From Kudoa neothunni (taxonomy: Eukaryota > Animalia > Cnidaria), in assembly GCA_964304625.1 (NCBI GenBank), contig OZ199840.1:5817200-5881199 (forward strand): a stretch of DNA of 64,000 bases, read 5' to 3'. Of this stretch, positions 12,117 through 23,561 are shown piece by piece. The position numbers were made by a program, and so were the translations under genes. The notes beneath the pieces were generated by a model. It saw only the letters and a program-made list of their open reading frames with translations, had not been told where the DNA came from and did not search any database. Position 1 is the first letter of the stretch. The number at the start of each line of letters is the position of its first letter.

Positions 12117-13156
12117 TGAATTACAGTATACGTGGCTGACCTTGGCTAACTTCGTTGAATATTCGGTTCTCGCTGCCAATGCCTGCTTTCAACCAATATT
12201 CACTTTAGAAAACATTGATCAAATAAAAATATTAGATTATGGATATTTTCGAAAGGATTTATCTTATACTATTAAATGTTAACAGAATATTGGTTTATCA
12301 AATAGTATTCGCGCTTGTTCTTGTGATGGAAGTATGTACATAATTTTAAGAAAAGATATTGGCGATGGATGCTAATATAAATGCGAAAAATATTCAAAGT
12401 GACGTTCCATCAGAATAGGGTCTATTTTTGAACAGTCGAAGATTCCAGTATGGAAATCTTCTCTTCTAATTGTTTGCATAATACAGCATCTCGATATGAC
12501 GTATGAAACATTATGCAATCATTTGAATATTTCGTCTTATTCTACAATATGTGATTGGAAAACAATGGTAAAAGATCTGATGGCTTCAATATTGGATCAA
12601 GAGTTTTCAAAAATTGATGGGAAAGACATTGTGGTTCAAATCGATGACACAGCCATAACAAAGAGAAAATATGGTGTGGGGCGCATCCTTCGAAATCAAC
12701 AATACTGGATGATTGGAGGAATAGTCGAAGATGGTAATTGTTTCCTCAAGAAAGAAATCGCACAGTCCTAGAAGAAATCATATGTGAGAATGTGGAGGAA
12801 GGTTCCATTATTTGGACGGATGGTTGGGGTGGATACAACCGCTTGGAAACATTGGGATTTACCCATGGAACCGTTATTCATAAGCGCCGATTTGTTTCTG
12901 ATGAAGGCGTCCATAAGAATAAAATAGAGGCGACATGGGGTGCTTTCAAGTGTAAATATAGAAACGCAACCAATAAAAATCCAGACAGTCTTGCTGAATA
13001 CGTGCCCGATTTCTTGTATCGAAGAAAATACTCCGGACAACAAATCAGCACCTTTTGTAAATATGTAATGAACTCACATACTGTTCGAATATTTCTTACG
13101 ATTTTTAACGAGTGTGAATTTTTTCGCCCGAGGCCAGACACGTATACTGTAATTTA
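12117..13156 (+). mobile_element. Merlin/IS1595-like DNA transposon inserted in Gypsy gag
   Basis: 29-bp TIRs (25/29 match, T[G/A]AATTACAGTATACGTG...); 11-bp direct repeat GCCGCATCGTC (12106-12116 / 13157-13167). Transposase motifs VQIDDTAITKRKY, IIWTDGWGGY and GVHKNKIEATW (ORFs 12496-13157). Confidence 0.92.
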
Positions 13157-13516
13157 GCCGCATCGTCTTGGGTGGCATTCGGTCTCGCACAAAGTAGAAG
13201 CGCAGAGATGCGAGAAACGTATTCTTCTATTCTTTCACCATCCATTTTCGATGCAGCCTTAAAGTCGTCCCATTTTCTTTCCGGATTTCTGAACCCGGCC
13301 GCATAGATAAGAATTCTCGCCTTGATGACGTTTACTAGATTAGCTCCACCAATTTCAGCCATATTTGGGACGATGTGCCGTCGAAGGTGTTTAGGTATTG
13401 CCAGCGTAATGTATGAGAAGATTTGATCTTCATCGTAAGACTTTAGACTAACGGTAGCGTTAATTTCTTCCAACTGTTCTTCGATTGGTTCGTTAAAATT
13501 CAATTCTTTTATTTTC

Positions 13517-13534
13517 ACCCCACCCCTGTCACCA
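13517..13534 (-). promoter_or_regulatory. Primer-binding site, probably tRNA-Leu type
   Basis: TGGTGACAGGGGTGGGGT begins 1 nt after the 5' LTR and is complementary to a tRNA 3' end ...CCCCACCCCUGUCACCA. Confidence 0.8.
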
Positions 13535-13535
13535 A

Positions 13536-13617
13536 TGTAATAATTGTAAGCGCCAAGACAAACACGATGCCAAACCGAACACTATGTATCTGCGCACACC
13601 CCACTACATACATAACA
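13536..13617 (-). repeat. 5' LTR (82 bp) of the Gypsy element
   Basis: TG...CA ends; four transition differences from the 3' LTR; followed by the PBS. Confidence 0.95.
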
Positions 13618-16119
13618 CTATTGTAGATGTGTCATGGCTATCGCATTGTTTTATTATCCATCTACCAAACAGAATATAGCTCAAGTCAATGTTTTCTTGT
13701 TTGACAATTGCGAACATGTGTTTACATGGCAAAAGAATTTGGTGATAAAAGATACGGTCACATTTTAATGTATTATCACAAAAGGTAACCATAGCCGATA
13801 GCCGAACTTGACTTGAATTAAAATGAACAAAATAGAAATTCTTTAATTCCCATAATGGAAATATATTGATATTTTTTATATCTTCTTTAATTTTGTTTAG
13901 TGCGAAGTCGCATTAATTGTTCATTATTGGCATAATTAATAGGATCGATAAGTCGGCTTTTCTTCTTCATGCAAATAGCGTTGTTTTTGATTAAACTTTC
14001 ACTTTCAATAATTTTTCTGAATTTAAGAACATCATTTATTTGAGTTACAAAAGGAGATTTACTAAGGAATCTTTTTAATTTGCTGCGCTTTTGTTCAATT
14101 CGGTTGTTTGCATTTGACCCAAAGGTTGTAACATCTTGCCTCAAAAAGACTGCCCGCATAGGTTGAATGTTGAGCCAGTTTTTCTTCAGATAAGTGTAAA
14201 AGTTTGAATCTTGCTGATGAATTTTTTTCCAAGATATATACAAAGTATTCACACAAACTTCCATAAATTAAATTCTTACAAAGACCCAAAAGTTGATTTT
14301 TAGCATTTGTTGGCGACAATGAGGTGGGGGATTTAATTTTTCTCTCCATAGCTTTATACACATGAAATGAACATTAAAGAATTCGAGTTTGTGGAAGCAG
14401 TACTTTCCGTTAATTTGCAGAATACAGAAAAAATTCCGAATATTATTTCTTGATCTTCACTTTTAACGAATGGGAAAAAAATGGAACAGGTCCTTCCGTG
14501 TTCGTCAACGACAGTAAAATTGTAAAATGGATAATTCCGTTGAATAACCTTGTAAATCGCACCAATTTGTAAACACATCAGGGAAAGATTGATAAACACC
14601 TCTTAAATATTTGTTGGTAAAACAAATAAAGTTAAGGTTGTCATTTTTATCTTTACAAATATGCAATAGTAAGTTCTCCCCATACAGATTGAATAATTCA
14701 TCAAAATTGTTTGAAAGTTCCGGTATTTTCTTCGAGTTATATTTCAAATTGCTAACTTTTCTAAGACTAACAGGAATATTCAAATCAGACTCGAGTGATA
14801 ACTTGACTTTCTTATTATCACATCTTCATTGTAGATATTTTTCTAGATTTTCTTGAACATTCTCTGGCAATTATTGATTATGTTGGTAGTTCAGTATATT
14901 GAATGAACCATGGTTATGTTTTAAGTTGTATTTAGAAACATATAAATAATCATCAAGGCTCGATACCATTATATATGCCCTGCAGCCAGTAGCTAGTTGA
15001 ATACTTGATCCGATTATGTTTTCCCGACATTTTATTTCTTTTCCGTGAAGACATATATATTTTACATGGCGATATTTCAATTCACTAGAATAAGTTTATG
15101 TGTTTTTGATACTTCTCTCGACACGATAGGTATAACCAAATTCCTAAATCCAATAAATGGCGTCCATATCACTTATATACCTTAATAAAGTCATCAATAG
15201 ATTCTTTCATATCATAATATGAGTAAAAGTTATTTTTAAACAATTTGTGCCCCCCAGAATTCATCTTACTCGTGGAGCTAATGCGTTAAACTTTTTTGTT
15301 TTGATTTCACAGGAAATATTTACGTATGTATATTTCGGTTTCTTGTTTTCTAAACGGAACCGAATAATGAACACTACTAAATACAACAAATTATAGCACA
15401 ACAAAAAAGCTGGTTCATAATATCTTAATATGCATATAGAAATGTTTTCTTTGATTTATCCTATTTTATTTTTATTATAACTGATGATTAAAGCGAGAAA
15501 TAGCACTCAGACTAATTAATCCTCGCACATACATATTTTTTGTGCAAGTAGACACTTTCGTGAACTTAGGAGTTTTCTTTTGGATCGATTCGTAAAAGGC
15601 TTGAGTTGGAATGAGATATGGGACCACCTTCTTGGATCAAAGATGGATGATTTTGATGCCTTGCTAAACGCTGCTATGAGGCTGGAAATCTCAGTTATGC
15701 AAAGGTCTAGCCATACAGGTCCAAATACATTAGAGCTGAATCATTCGAAGGGACAGCAAAAAAAATGTGAATGATAGACTTAAGTCGCTTGAGGATTTAG
15801 TGATGAAGTTACGCACGTCTACGAAACGAGAGAAGGAAGTGCGATTTTGCTTCAAATGTAAACATGGAGGACACTAGCTAACAACTGTTACGCCAATAAT
15901 TTTCCGAGCGTTTATGTTGATTTGAGCGGATTTAAAACAAAAGTACTTGTTGATACTGGCTCGGAAAGTTCTTTTATATCGCGATCATTAGCAAATGATA
16001 TTGGCCTAAATTAGGAAAGTACGCACCCCAATCAAGATAGTTATGGCGAATGGATCCAACGAAATTATACGACATAAAGTCAACGTCATTGTGAAAATTT
16101 TCGATAAAATTAGAGTAAG

Positions 16120-17085
16120 GTATATTTCTGAGAGTTGAAAAAATCAATCGTCTATAAAGAAAATTTAAGAGTTTAATATACTTTTTTGAAACCTAATAAT
16201 TGATTCATTTGGAGCGTTTTGAGCAGGTAAGTTTTCAGTGGTTTTCACAATATAATTGCTCATCAGAACTGAATTTTTTTTATTTTTTTGCCTTTAACGT
16301 AGTCAAACAGATGACATCTTTTTCTACTAGAACGGGGCTCATTAGTTGCAACGTTTTTCTCGATTTATTTAATGTTATCGTGGATATAATTTTTAACTAG
16401 ACTAACAGCTAACTGTTCTAAAAATTTGAATCTGAGATAATATTTTTGTAAATGTGAAATGTGATAATTAAGCTAATATCAATCATACTGTAGAAAACAG
16501 CTGTTGGTCATCGATTTGTGTATCTTTTGACACTTATTGTAGATATAATCCAGCTGACTGGATCTACACCATCCTTATATTGATTATAATGGAGTAAAAT
16601 TTCTGGTTTCCGATATTCTAGGCTTTTCAATCGTCCATTTATCTCGATTTTTATCAACATAGCAATTTTCAGCAATTTCGTCTTCATAGAAATCGGATTC
16701 AGATGTAAAATTAAATTCTTGAATTTCGTCAGATATTTCAATGACCACAGTATCATCAGTTGACAACAAATCGTGGTCAAAATCGCTCATCGTTAAAAAT
16801 TTAATTTTTAGTTTTTCTCTGTGTTTATTTAACACAATTTCTAATTCAATTAAAGAAATTGTTTAAAAATATTTAATCTATAGTTTAGAAATGTATAAAT
16901 AGCTTTTTTGAGAAAAATAACTGGTGTAATATTGACCCCACAAGAGAGGGAGTGTAAGTATTATTTGTGCGAAGCTTATTTATTTCCAAATAATATTCAG
17001 TACCTTAAATTTAGAAACAGCGAGAATTTTTAGGGAGGTAGACAAGGTTCTAAATATAAATTTGACCCCAGAGACGCCCGGAAGG
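16120..17085 (-). mobile_element. Internally deleted piggyBac remnant
   Basis: YNQYKDGVD...VKRYTNR motif and acidic N-terminus; terminus ...CCCGGAAGG followed by TTAA (17086-17089); GACCCC subterminal motifs. The other end was not found. Confidence 0.75.
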
Positions 17086-19919
17086 TTAAATTAATTATTC
17101 TCTGTGATCTTCAAAGGTTTTTATTTTCATAATTTTAAACAAAATCTTATCGAATAATATTAAGAATCCTGTGGCAGAATTAACAAGTTTTTAAACTTTT
17201 GGAAATTAAGATTGTAATAGTTCGAATGTGTATTAATTACAATTCCTCACGGCACGCATATAGGGCGACGTAAGCATAGTTGTTGTTGTAGTTTACTTGA
17301 GTGTTGTTCGCTAGCGCTAGCCACCGTTACAGAGGCAATCGTGTAAAAATGTATATTTTAACAATGAATAATCTTTTTTAAATATTGGATAAATACAGAA
17401 ATTCAATTCATGATATGACTTTACGCATTAAAACAATGAAAAATATATTTTTAGATATACATTATTCCGATAAGTGCAATATTTAGCATTTTTTTATATT
17501 GGAATTATTACCTACAAAATCAAAACTGAAAAGGCCAGAAAATTTCATTTCATTTTTTCCCAACATGTATAAAACTAATTAGCATAAAAATACGTATTAT
17601 GTTTTTGTCTGAGCAAAACACTACAAAAAATATTTATAAACTAAAAAAATGTTTCTACTTACAAACGATATTTAATTAAATATGACTATTAAAAAAGACG
17701 TTTTCCTCCATAATATGCGAAAATTGCAAAATATGAGTTCTGATAGTTCATTTAACTAATCAAAAAAATTAAACTAGGACATTGAAAATAGATAGATAGA
17801 TAGATGATAAATAAATAGGAATGTAAGAACGAACATAATGAGATAACACGTGCTCCAAACCTCTTTATCGATACCGTGATACAGTCTAAAAAATTTGAAG
17901 TGGCTTTGGTGGTTCTACATAATAGTCCATAATTTATTGTTTTTAAAAAACAAATATGAAAAAATAGAAAAGTTTGATTGGGGAAGATGTTCTTTAGATG
18001 CCACTATCTTAACCCTCCGAGCGCCCCAAAAACGACCTTACACATTCCTTCTTTAGGGGTCAAATTGACCCCAGGTGTGTTACGCATTAAATTTACGCTA
18101 ATTTTTTAATTATAGATCTTTTTTCATGAGAACTAAGAATAAACTAACGAAAATTATTCGTTTACTAAGAAATTTGCGTGTTTATCATTTTATTTTTTCC
18201 TGTATTTATATAAAATCATCTACCATTGAGCATGTTGCGAATAAAAATACATTAAACCGACGGACAAGACAAATGCAAATAACGTTTGAGTGCTCGTAGC
18301 AACAGTTTGTCTTAAAAACTGAACAAACAGATCTTGTTTTTTGTCGCGGTTTCTTTCATAAAGACAACACCTTTTTCCACTTCGACTTGAACACTCCAAT
18401 GACATATTTTGTCCTATCTTCTCATTATTAATGTTCAGAAAATTTGTTACAAGACTGTCCGCTAGAATTTCTAAATATTTCAACCTAGAACAATTAGGTT
18501 CAACGAATATTTCCTTATAAATATGGAATGAGTTAATCAAACTGACGTCAACCATATTATAAAAAACTGCAGTGGGCTAAACGTTTCGTGTATCGTTTAA
18601 CATTAGTTGTGGCAATTATACGGTTAAATGTGTCAACTCCTCCCTTTCATTTATTATAGTGATGTATGACCCCAGGTTTTTTAGTGACAGTATCATCAAC
18701 ATTTTGATTGCAAGAAAAAGTTTTTAGAAGTAAAACTGATTTATTTTTTTGGAACATACGAAAGCAACATAAATTTTTCGTAAAACAAAAATCTAGAACT
18801 ATTTACTTCTCCATTTCGGTCTTTCTTTAGTTACTCTGGAATGCCTCTCTTGTTACTTCGGATCGTACCAACCATAGTCATACCCCAATTCAAGAGCTTC
18901 CCTGCAACAGAAATAGAGCTGAAAAAATTATCGAATACAATGTTTCTGCCACTGTCTTTTAAATTGGCAACAAGCTCCAAAAGCCACACTTTCACCAACA
19001 TTTTTGGCTCTCTCGCTATTGTTTCTTCCCAAGTATACTGAAATATTACGGGTGTATTTTGTATCAGAGTCGATACGCAGGAAACATTTTATACCGTAAA
19101 CAGCATGTTTCGACGGCATGTATTGCTTAAAGGGACATTTATCTCTAAATGCAACAAGTTGCTCGTTGATGGTCAAAATTTTCACCGGAAATAACTAATT
19201 TAGAAATTCTGTCCTTTCCAGTTATCAAAAATCTCTCGTAGTGGGCAAAATTTGTCCAACTCACGTTTTGCTTCTGGGGTTTCAAAGTCATCAAAATGAA
19301 GAGACCTCGATATCCGGACAAATCTTTTGAGTGGCATTATTTTGTCTGAATATATTTCTCCCTTTTTCAACACTCCAAAGTAATTTTAAGGACTCTAATT
19401 TAGACTTAAATATGGACATAAATTAGTATTCCAAGGTAAGCTTTAAATTCTTCCAACGTTATAGATTTCCACTCATTATTGTAATGAAACCACCCAAATT
19501 TGTTCGTGTTCGAAATCACACTAGAATAAAATAGTGTAAAAAAAATGTCAAGAATGCATCCGATATTTCTCTAATCCTTGACGTCGCGTAGGCAGTTAAA
19601 CCTGGGATCAGATGAAGTATATTTTCCTTTTGAGCTTTTGTGATCTTTGGTGTAACCGAGGACCAAGCAATTCCATTTTTGTCGAGGAATGGGTTGTCTG
19701 TTTTTGCAATCTGCGTTATTTCGTTTTCGGATCTGATAAAGAATCAAATAAATGTAGACTGTGTTCGTGAATATTCGCCGAGTATCGTTTTTGGTTTTTA
19801 TTCTTTATACTCTATGATAAAATCCTCTTAAATTTAATTTAGTTTAAACAACACATTTTCCTTTAAGACAAAGTGAATGTATTTTTACTTTCCCCAAAAA
19901 AGTAGACTGGGGTCAATTT

Positions 19920-22900
19920 GGTAATAGGGTAGGATGTGGCACCTAAAAAAACACCCTTCTGCGCGTCGTTTTTTTCTCCGATTCTTTCACGAATGTTCAT
20001 AATAATATAAAAAGAATATCGAGAGGAAGTATTCAGCTAATTACGGTAACATCTACATTTATTATACGCCTTAATAATATTTTTTGAATGAAATCTTTGA
20101 TTTAAATAACAAAATATAAAATATTTAAGCGAGTAGTTTATCAAATTTCTCGCGCGATAGAGAAAATAAGTTCTTTGAGTTTTATTAACGAGGGCGATTT
20201 TTTGTTAATAATCCCATTAAATTGTTTAATATACTTGTAGATAAATAGTATCTGCTTCCTCTTCATTTTAGGTGTAGCAATTGTTATAAATTCAATTGTT
20301 TTTGCCTCGCCAAAAGGAATATGAACGTTCAAAGGCCAATACCTAAAATTAAATTGCATGAAAGGAATGATGTGGATTATTCATTCAGTTATTATTTTAA
20401 AAAGTAATTATTTTATACCTAAATACTAGTCTCGCAATTCGAAGATGTAAAACTAAGGTATCTCCTCGAAGTAGGACTCTCTTTTCAGGTTTGAATTTGT
20501 TTCCACCCCTCCCCAAACATAATGGTGATAAAATATATAAAAAAATTTTTACTATTGGAGCACGGATAAAACTATCTTCTTCTGCGAAAACCATCTGGTG
20601 GCAGGAGGTATGTTATTGAGATTGATAAGACGCTTCTTCGCGGGAAGCGCAAAATAATCGATACCGATATTTAAAGGAAGATTTTAGGAAGACAGCCCAA
20701 ACCAAATAATTAATTAAAGAGTTAATGTTAAATTTTATATAATACAATGTTAAACCAACTGGTAAAATAGTAAAACACCTTAGAAATATAAAAAAACATC
20801 TCTACTTATAAACCTTCCTTCAAAATTAAGTACATTATAGCATCTAAAGGCTTAAAATATAATCGTTAGTTTTATAAAAATTAAAAAACATTGAATATCA
20901 AATTAATAGACCATACATACAGTATCTCAAGATCTAAATGCAACTGGGTAAAATAAAAATGCAACATTTTTCTTTCGTTGGATATTTAAACTAATTATTG
21001 ATAATCTCCATATTTATACACTTTGGGAAATACGATTCAGCATGATTTGAATAATTATTCAAATGATTAACAGAAACTTCCGCTGGGCTCTCCATAATAG
21101 CGGACATCAATTGTTCATGATTTTGAGGATATCTGTTTCTCACGATGGTTTTCACTTGGTGAAAAAAACTCCTCAATAGGATTGAAGAAAGGGGAATAGG
21201 GGCAGCAAAAACAACAGTTTGTGATTGCTTGACTCTACAAGCTCAGTTATGGTATTCGTTTTACGGAACCGAACATTATCCATTATGAGGAGAGCACGTT
21301 TGACCCCTCGTTAGCTAGATCATCAAATAACTTGCTGATGAAATTATAAAATATATTTTTTGAGCGTATGCTCTTTACTTTGAGATTCGCTCTTGTCCAG
21401 AGAGTGACCGCCCAAATGATTGCCGCATGGATAATGAAAATCACTGATGAATACATGGGCTTATTTTGTAAATACTCAAGCACATAACTATTTGATGTAA
21501 ATAAACATCATAACTTAAATAATAACTTTTTTCTCTTTATTATGTTATTTGGCGAATTTCTAGCTAACGGGACGATCGAAATCCGTTTCAAGGTATAATG
21601 AAAATCACATAAGCATTTACTTACAGTTTGTCTGGTTACTTCGATATTAAATTCGTCCAGAAGTTTTGTAGCGATCGTTTCCAAGGTAACGGTGCAATCG
21701 TCATCCACTAATTCACAAATATATTGTTTGTGAGATTCATCCAATTTCGATCTTCTGTCGCCACCCTTTTTTGCTGCTATTCCAGCCCCATTTTCTAAGC
21801 TTTTGCGTAATGTTCTTCCAATGGTGGCTTTATGATGCCCGTTTTTTCGGCAATAAAACTGTTTGTATAATTTTCCTAATAAATGTAAACTAAGAAAGGC
21901 AACAAAATAATTGCTTTTGATAATGTGACAACAAGAGTCCTAATTTCATCACTGAGAGTAATGTATTTTCTTTTAGGAAGGTTGTTGTTTTGTTGGTTAT
22001 TGCCAAGTGCTGACATTTTAACTTAGCGTGCGCTGAATTTACAAAAATTAAAGTTAAATGTCATGCAATTTCCTATTTAATTGAGATTAATCTTCAGAAT
22101 TCATCTTTAGTTATAAATAGGAATCATTATTTAAATGATGGCATCGACGCATTAACGATAGCTTATAACTAGTTTGTAAGGCGAGCGTAGTAATTCAACT
22201 TAATTAAATTCTAATAGTTTATTTTATGAGATGTAACGTGTGATCGGCGCTTAAATTATATAATTATCAATTAAGATATAAGTTTGTTAGTTCCTGTATG
22301 AAAATTATACGTCCACGCTTATGGGTTGCATCTTGATTTTACCCAGTTGCATTTAGATTTTGAAATACTGTAACTAAAAAATGAAATGTAGAGTGTAATA
22401 TATGTCTTATACTATACTACTAAATTCCTATTTACGTTGCTTCTTTTATTTTGTACAATTAACTTTCGTTCAGAATGATTCTTTAAAAATTAATTGTTAA
22501 AAGATTTTTTTGGACAGATATCGAATGCAATGAAGATTGAAGATTCATTGTGTTGTCGCTATAAAAATTTAATGATAAAAGTTTTATGATAAAATGTTTA
22601 TAATTTTTTTTATAATTCAAATATATTAACAAAAAAAATCTATAAACTACAAAAAGTGATAACTGATTATAATTTTCCTTTAAAAGATTCATAATCGGTA
22701 TACCAAAAATGATAGAGAAGATAATTTAGAATAAGATGTATAATAAATGTAGAATTTAATGTGTGCACAATAAGGTGGGTTTTCAATGGTTATTGGAAAC
22801 TTAACGAAGATTTCACATGTGCGGACGGTGTTGTATTCGAGATTTTGCACCAAAATTAGATGTTACCTTAATTAGCTAAATACTTCCTCTCGTTATTCTT

Positions 22901-22992
22901 TTATTTTATTATGAACATTCGTGAAAGAATCGGTGAAAAAAACGATGCGCAGAAGGGTGTTTTTAGGTGCCACATCCTACCTCCCTATTACC
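19920..22992 (+). mobile_element. Canonical Merlin element with long TIRs (degraded)
   Basis: ~135-bp TIRs starting GGTAATAGGG; 8-bp TSD GTCAATTT (19912-19919 / 22993-23000); transposase remnant GGRRYVIEIDKTLLRGKRK at ~20597-20653. Confidence 0.88.
20920..22370 (-). mobile_element. Tc1/IS630-type transposon nested in the Merlin element
   Basis: ~46-bp TIRs CAGTAT(C/T)TCAA..ATCTAAATGCAACTGGGTAAAAT; TA flanks; transposase remnants IMDNVR and PYSPFFNPIEE, plus an HTH-like segment (21508-21744). Confidence 0.9.
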
Positions 22993-23561
22993 GTCAATTT
23001 GACCCCAAAGAAGGAATATGTATTTTAATTATTTCATTATCTAATTTATAATTTCTAAAAATTTTTTTATTTTCAAATAAAAAAGCATGTCACAGGAGAA
23101 TGGCTTGATTTTTAAAATAGTTGAAGCTTTATGAGACAACATAAAACACAACACAAAATCGTTTGTGGTCAATTTGATCCCAATGACGCTCGGAAGTTTA
23201 ATCATTACGCTGTCAATTAGAGAATAAAATTTCCCAATCTTGCGAGATTTGCATGCCTTTGTGTAAAATTTAATGATAGTCAATTAGTTAGTTAAATTTC
23301 ATTTAATATTTAAAGATATGAAAAATTTATTACTTAAGTATCGTTAGCTGAATATTGTCGCCCATAAATAAACAAACAAATCCCATCCTCAAACCTCAAA
23401 TAACTAATAAAGTTATTAATCTTAATTAAATAGTTAATAAATTTTGAACTAACTTTGGATAATTTGTATATTTCCTTAAATCGGAAATGAGGTAACTGAG
23501 TCAAGAAGGATAAATACTAACTCTATCCCTTCCTATTTTTAATCATAAAGTTTATTTCAAT

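Larger units (their letters stand above)
8423..13617 (-). mobile_element. Full-length Ty3/Gypsy LTR retrotransposon (gag-PR-RT-RNaseH-IN), frameshifted
   Basis: Two 82-bp LTRs; 5-bp TSD CTATT (8418-8422 / 13618-13622); primer-binding site (PBS) and polypurine tract (PPT) present. Motifs: CCHC gag knuckle, LLDTGA protease, YMDD RT, TDAS/DHNPL RNase H, HHCC + SDNG + GPY integrase. Confidence 0.97.
7914..15559 (-). mobile_element. Mutator/MULE DNA transposon (degraded), interrupted by a Gypsy element
   Basis: ~110-bp terminal inverted repeats (TIRs) starting GAAAGTGTCTA; perfect 9-bp TSD GTGAACTTA (7905-7913 / 15560-15568). Minus-strand fragments include a FAR1/WRKY-like C..C..HNH (14871-15080), the MULE core and a SWIM finger LPCKH (13604-13792). 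Confidence 0.92.
7720..16110 (+). mobile_element. LTR-retrotransposon gag-protease remnant split by a MULE insertion (pieces ~7720-7913 and 15569-~16110)
   Basis: Removing 7914-15568 restores one reading frame: EMWLTLNDVPAEDC...SEFGELRSFLLDRFVKGL. Downstream are a CCHC knuckle (CFKCKHGGH...C, ~15848) and the protease motif VLVDTGS (~15943). Confidence 0.75.
18013..23197 (-). mobile_element. piggyBac transposon (degraded transposase ~18220-19830) carrying nested Merlin and Tc1 elements
   Basis: TTAA flanks (18009-18012, 23198-23201); TIR CCCTCCGAGCG vs ACTTCCGAGCG; motifs TINEQLVAFR..CPFKQYMPSK..YGIK and DNFFSS; GGGGTCAAATTGACCCC palindromes. Confidence 0.88.

Noticed and set aside
17213-17331. 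Possible short solo LTR (TGTAA...GTTACA, GC-richer)
   Set aside because: Flanks AAGAT and GAGGC do not form a TSD and there is no second copy in the window.
6949-22370. Bacterial IS1595/IS630 insertion sequences or bacterial contamination
   Set aside because: Spliceosomal introns and animal genes show a eukaryotic context; these are the eukaryotic Merlin and Tc1-type relatives.
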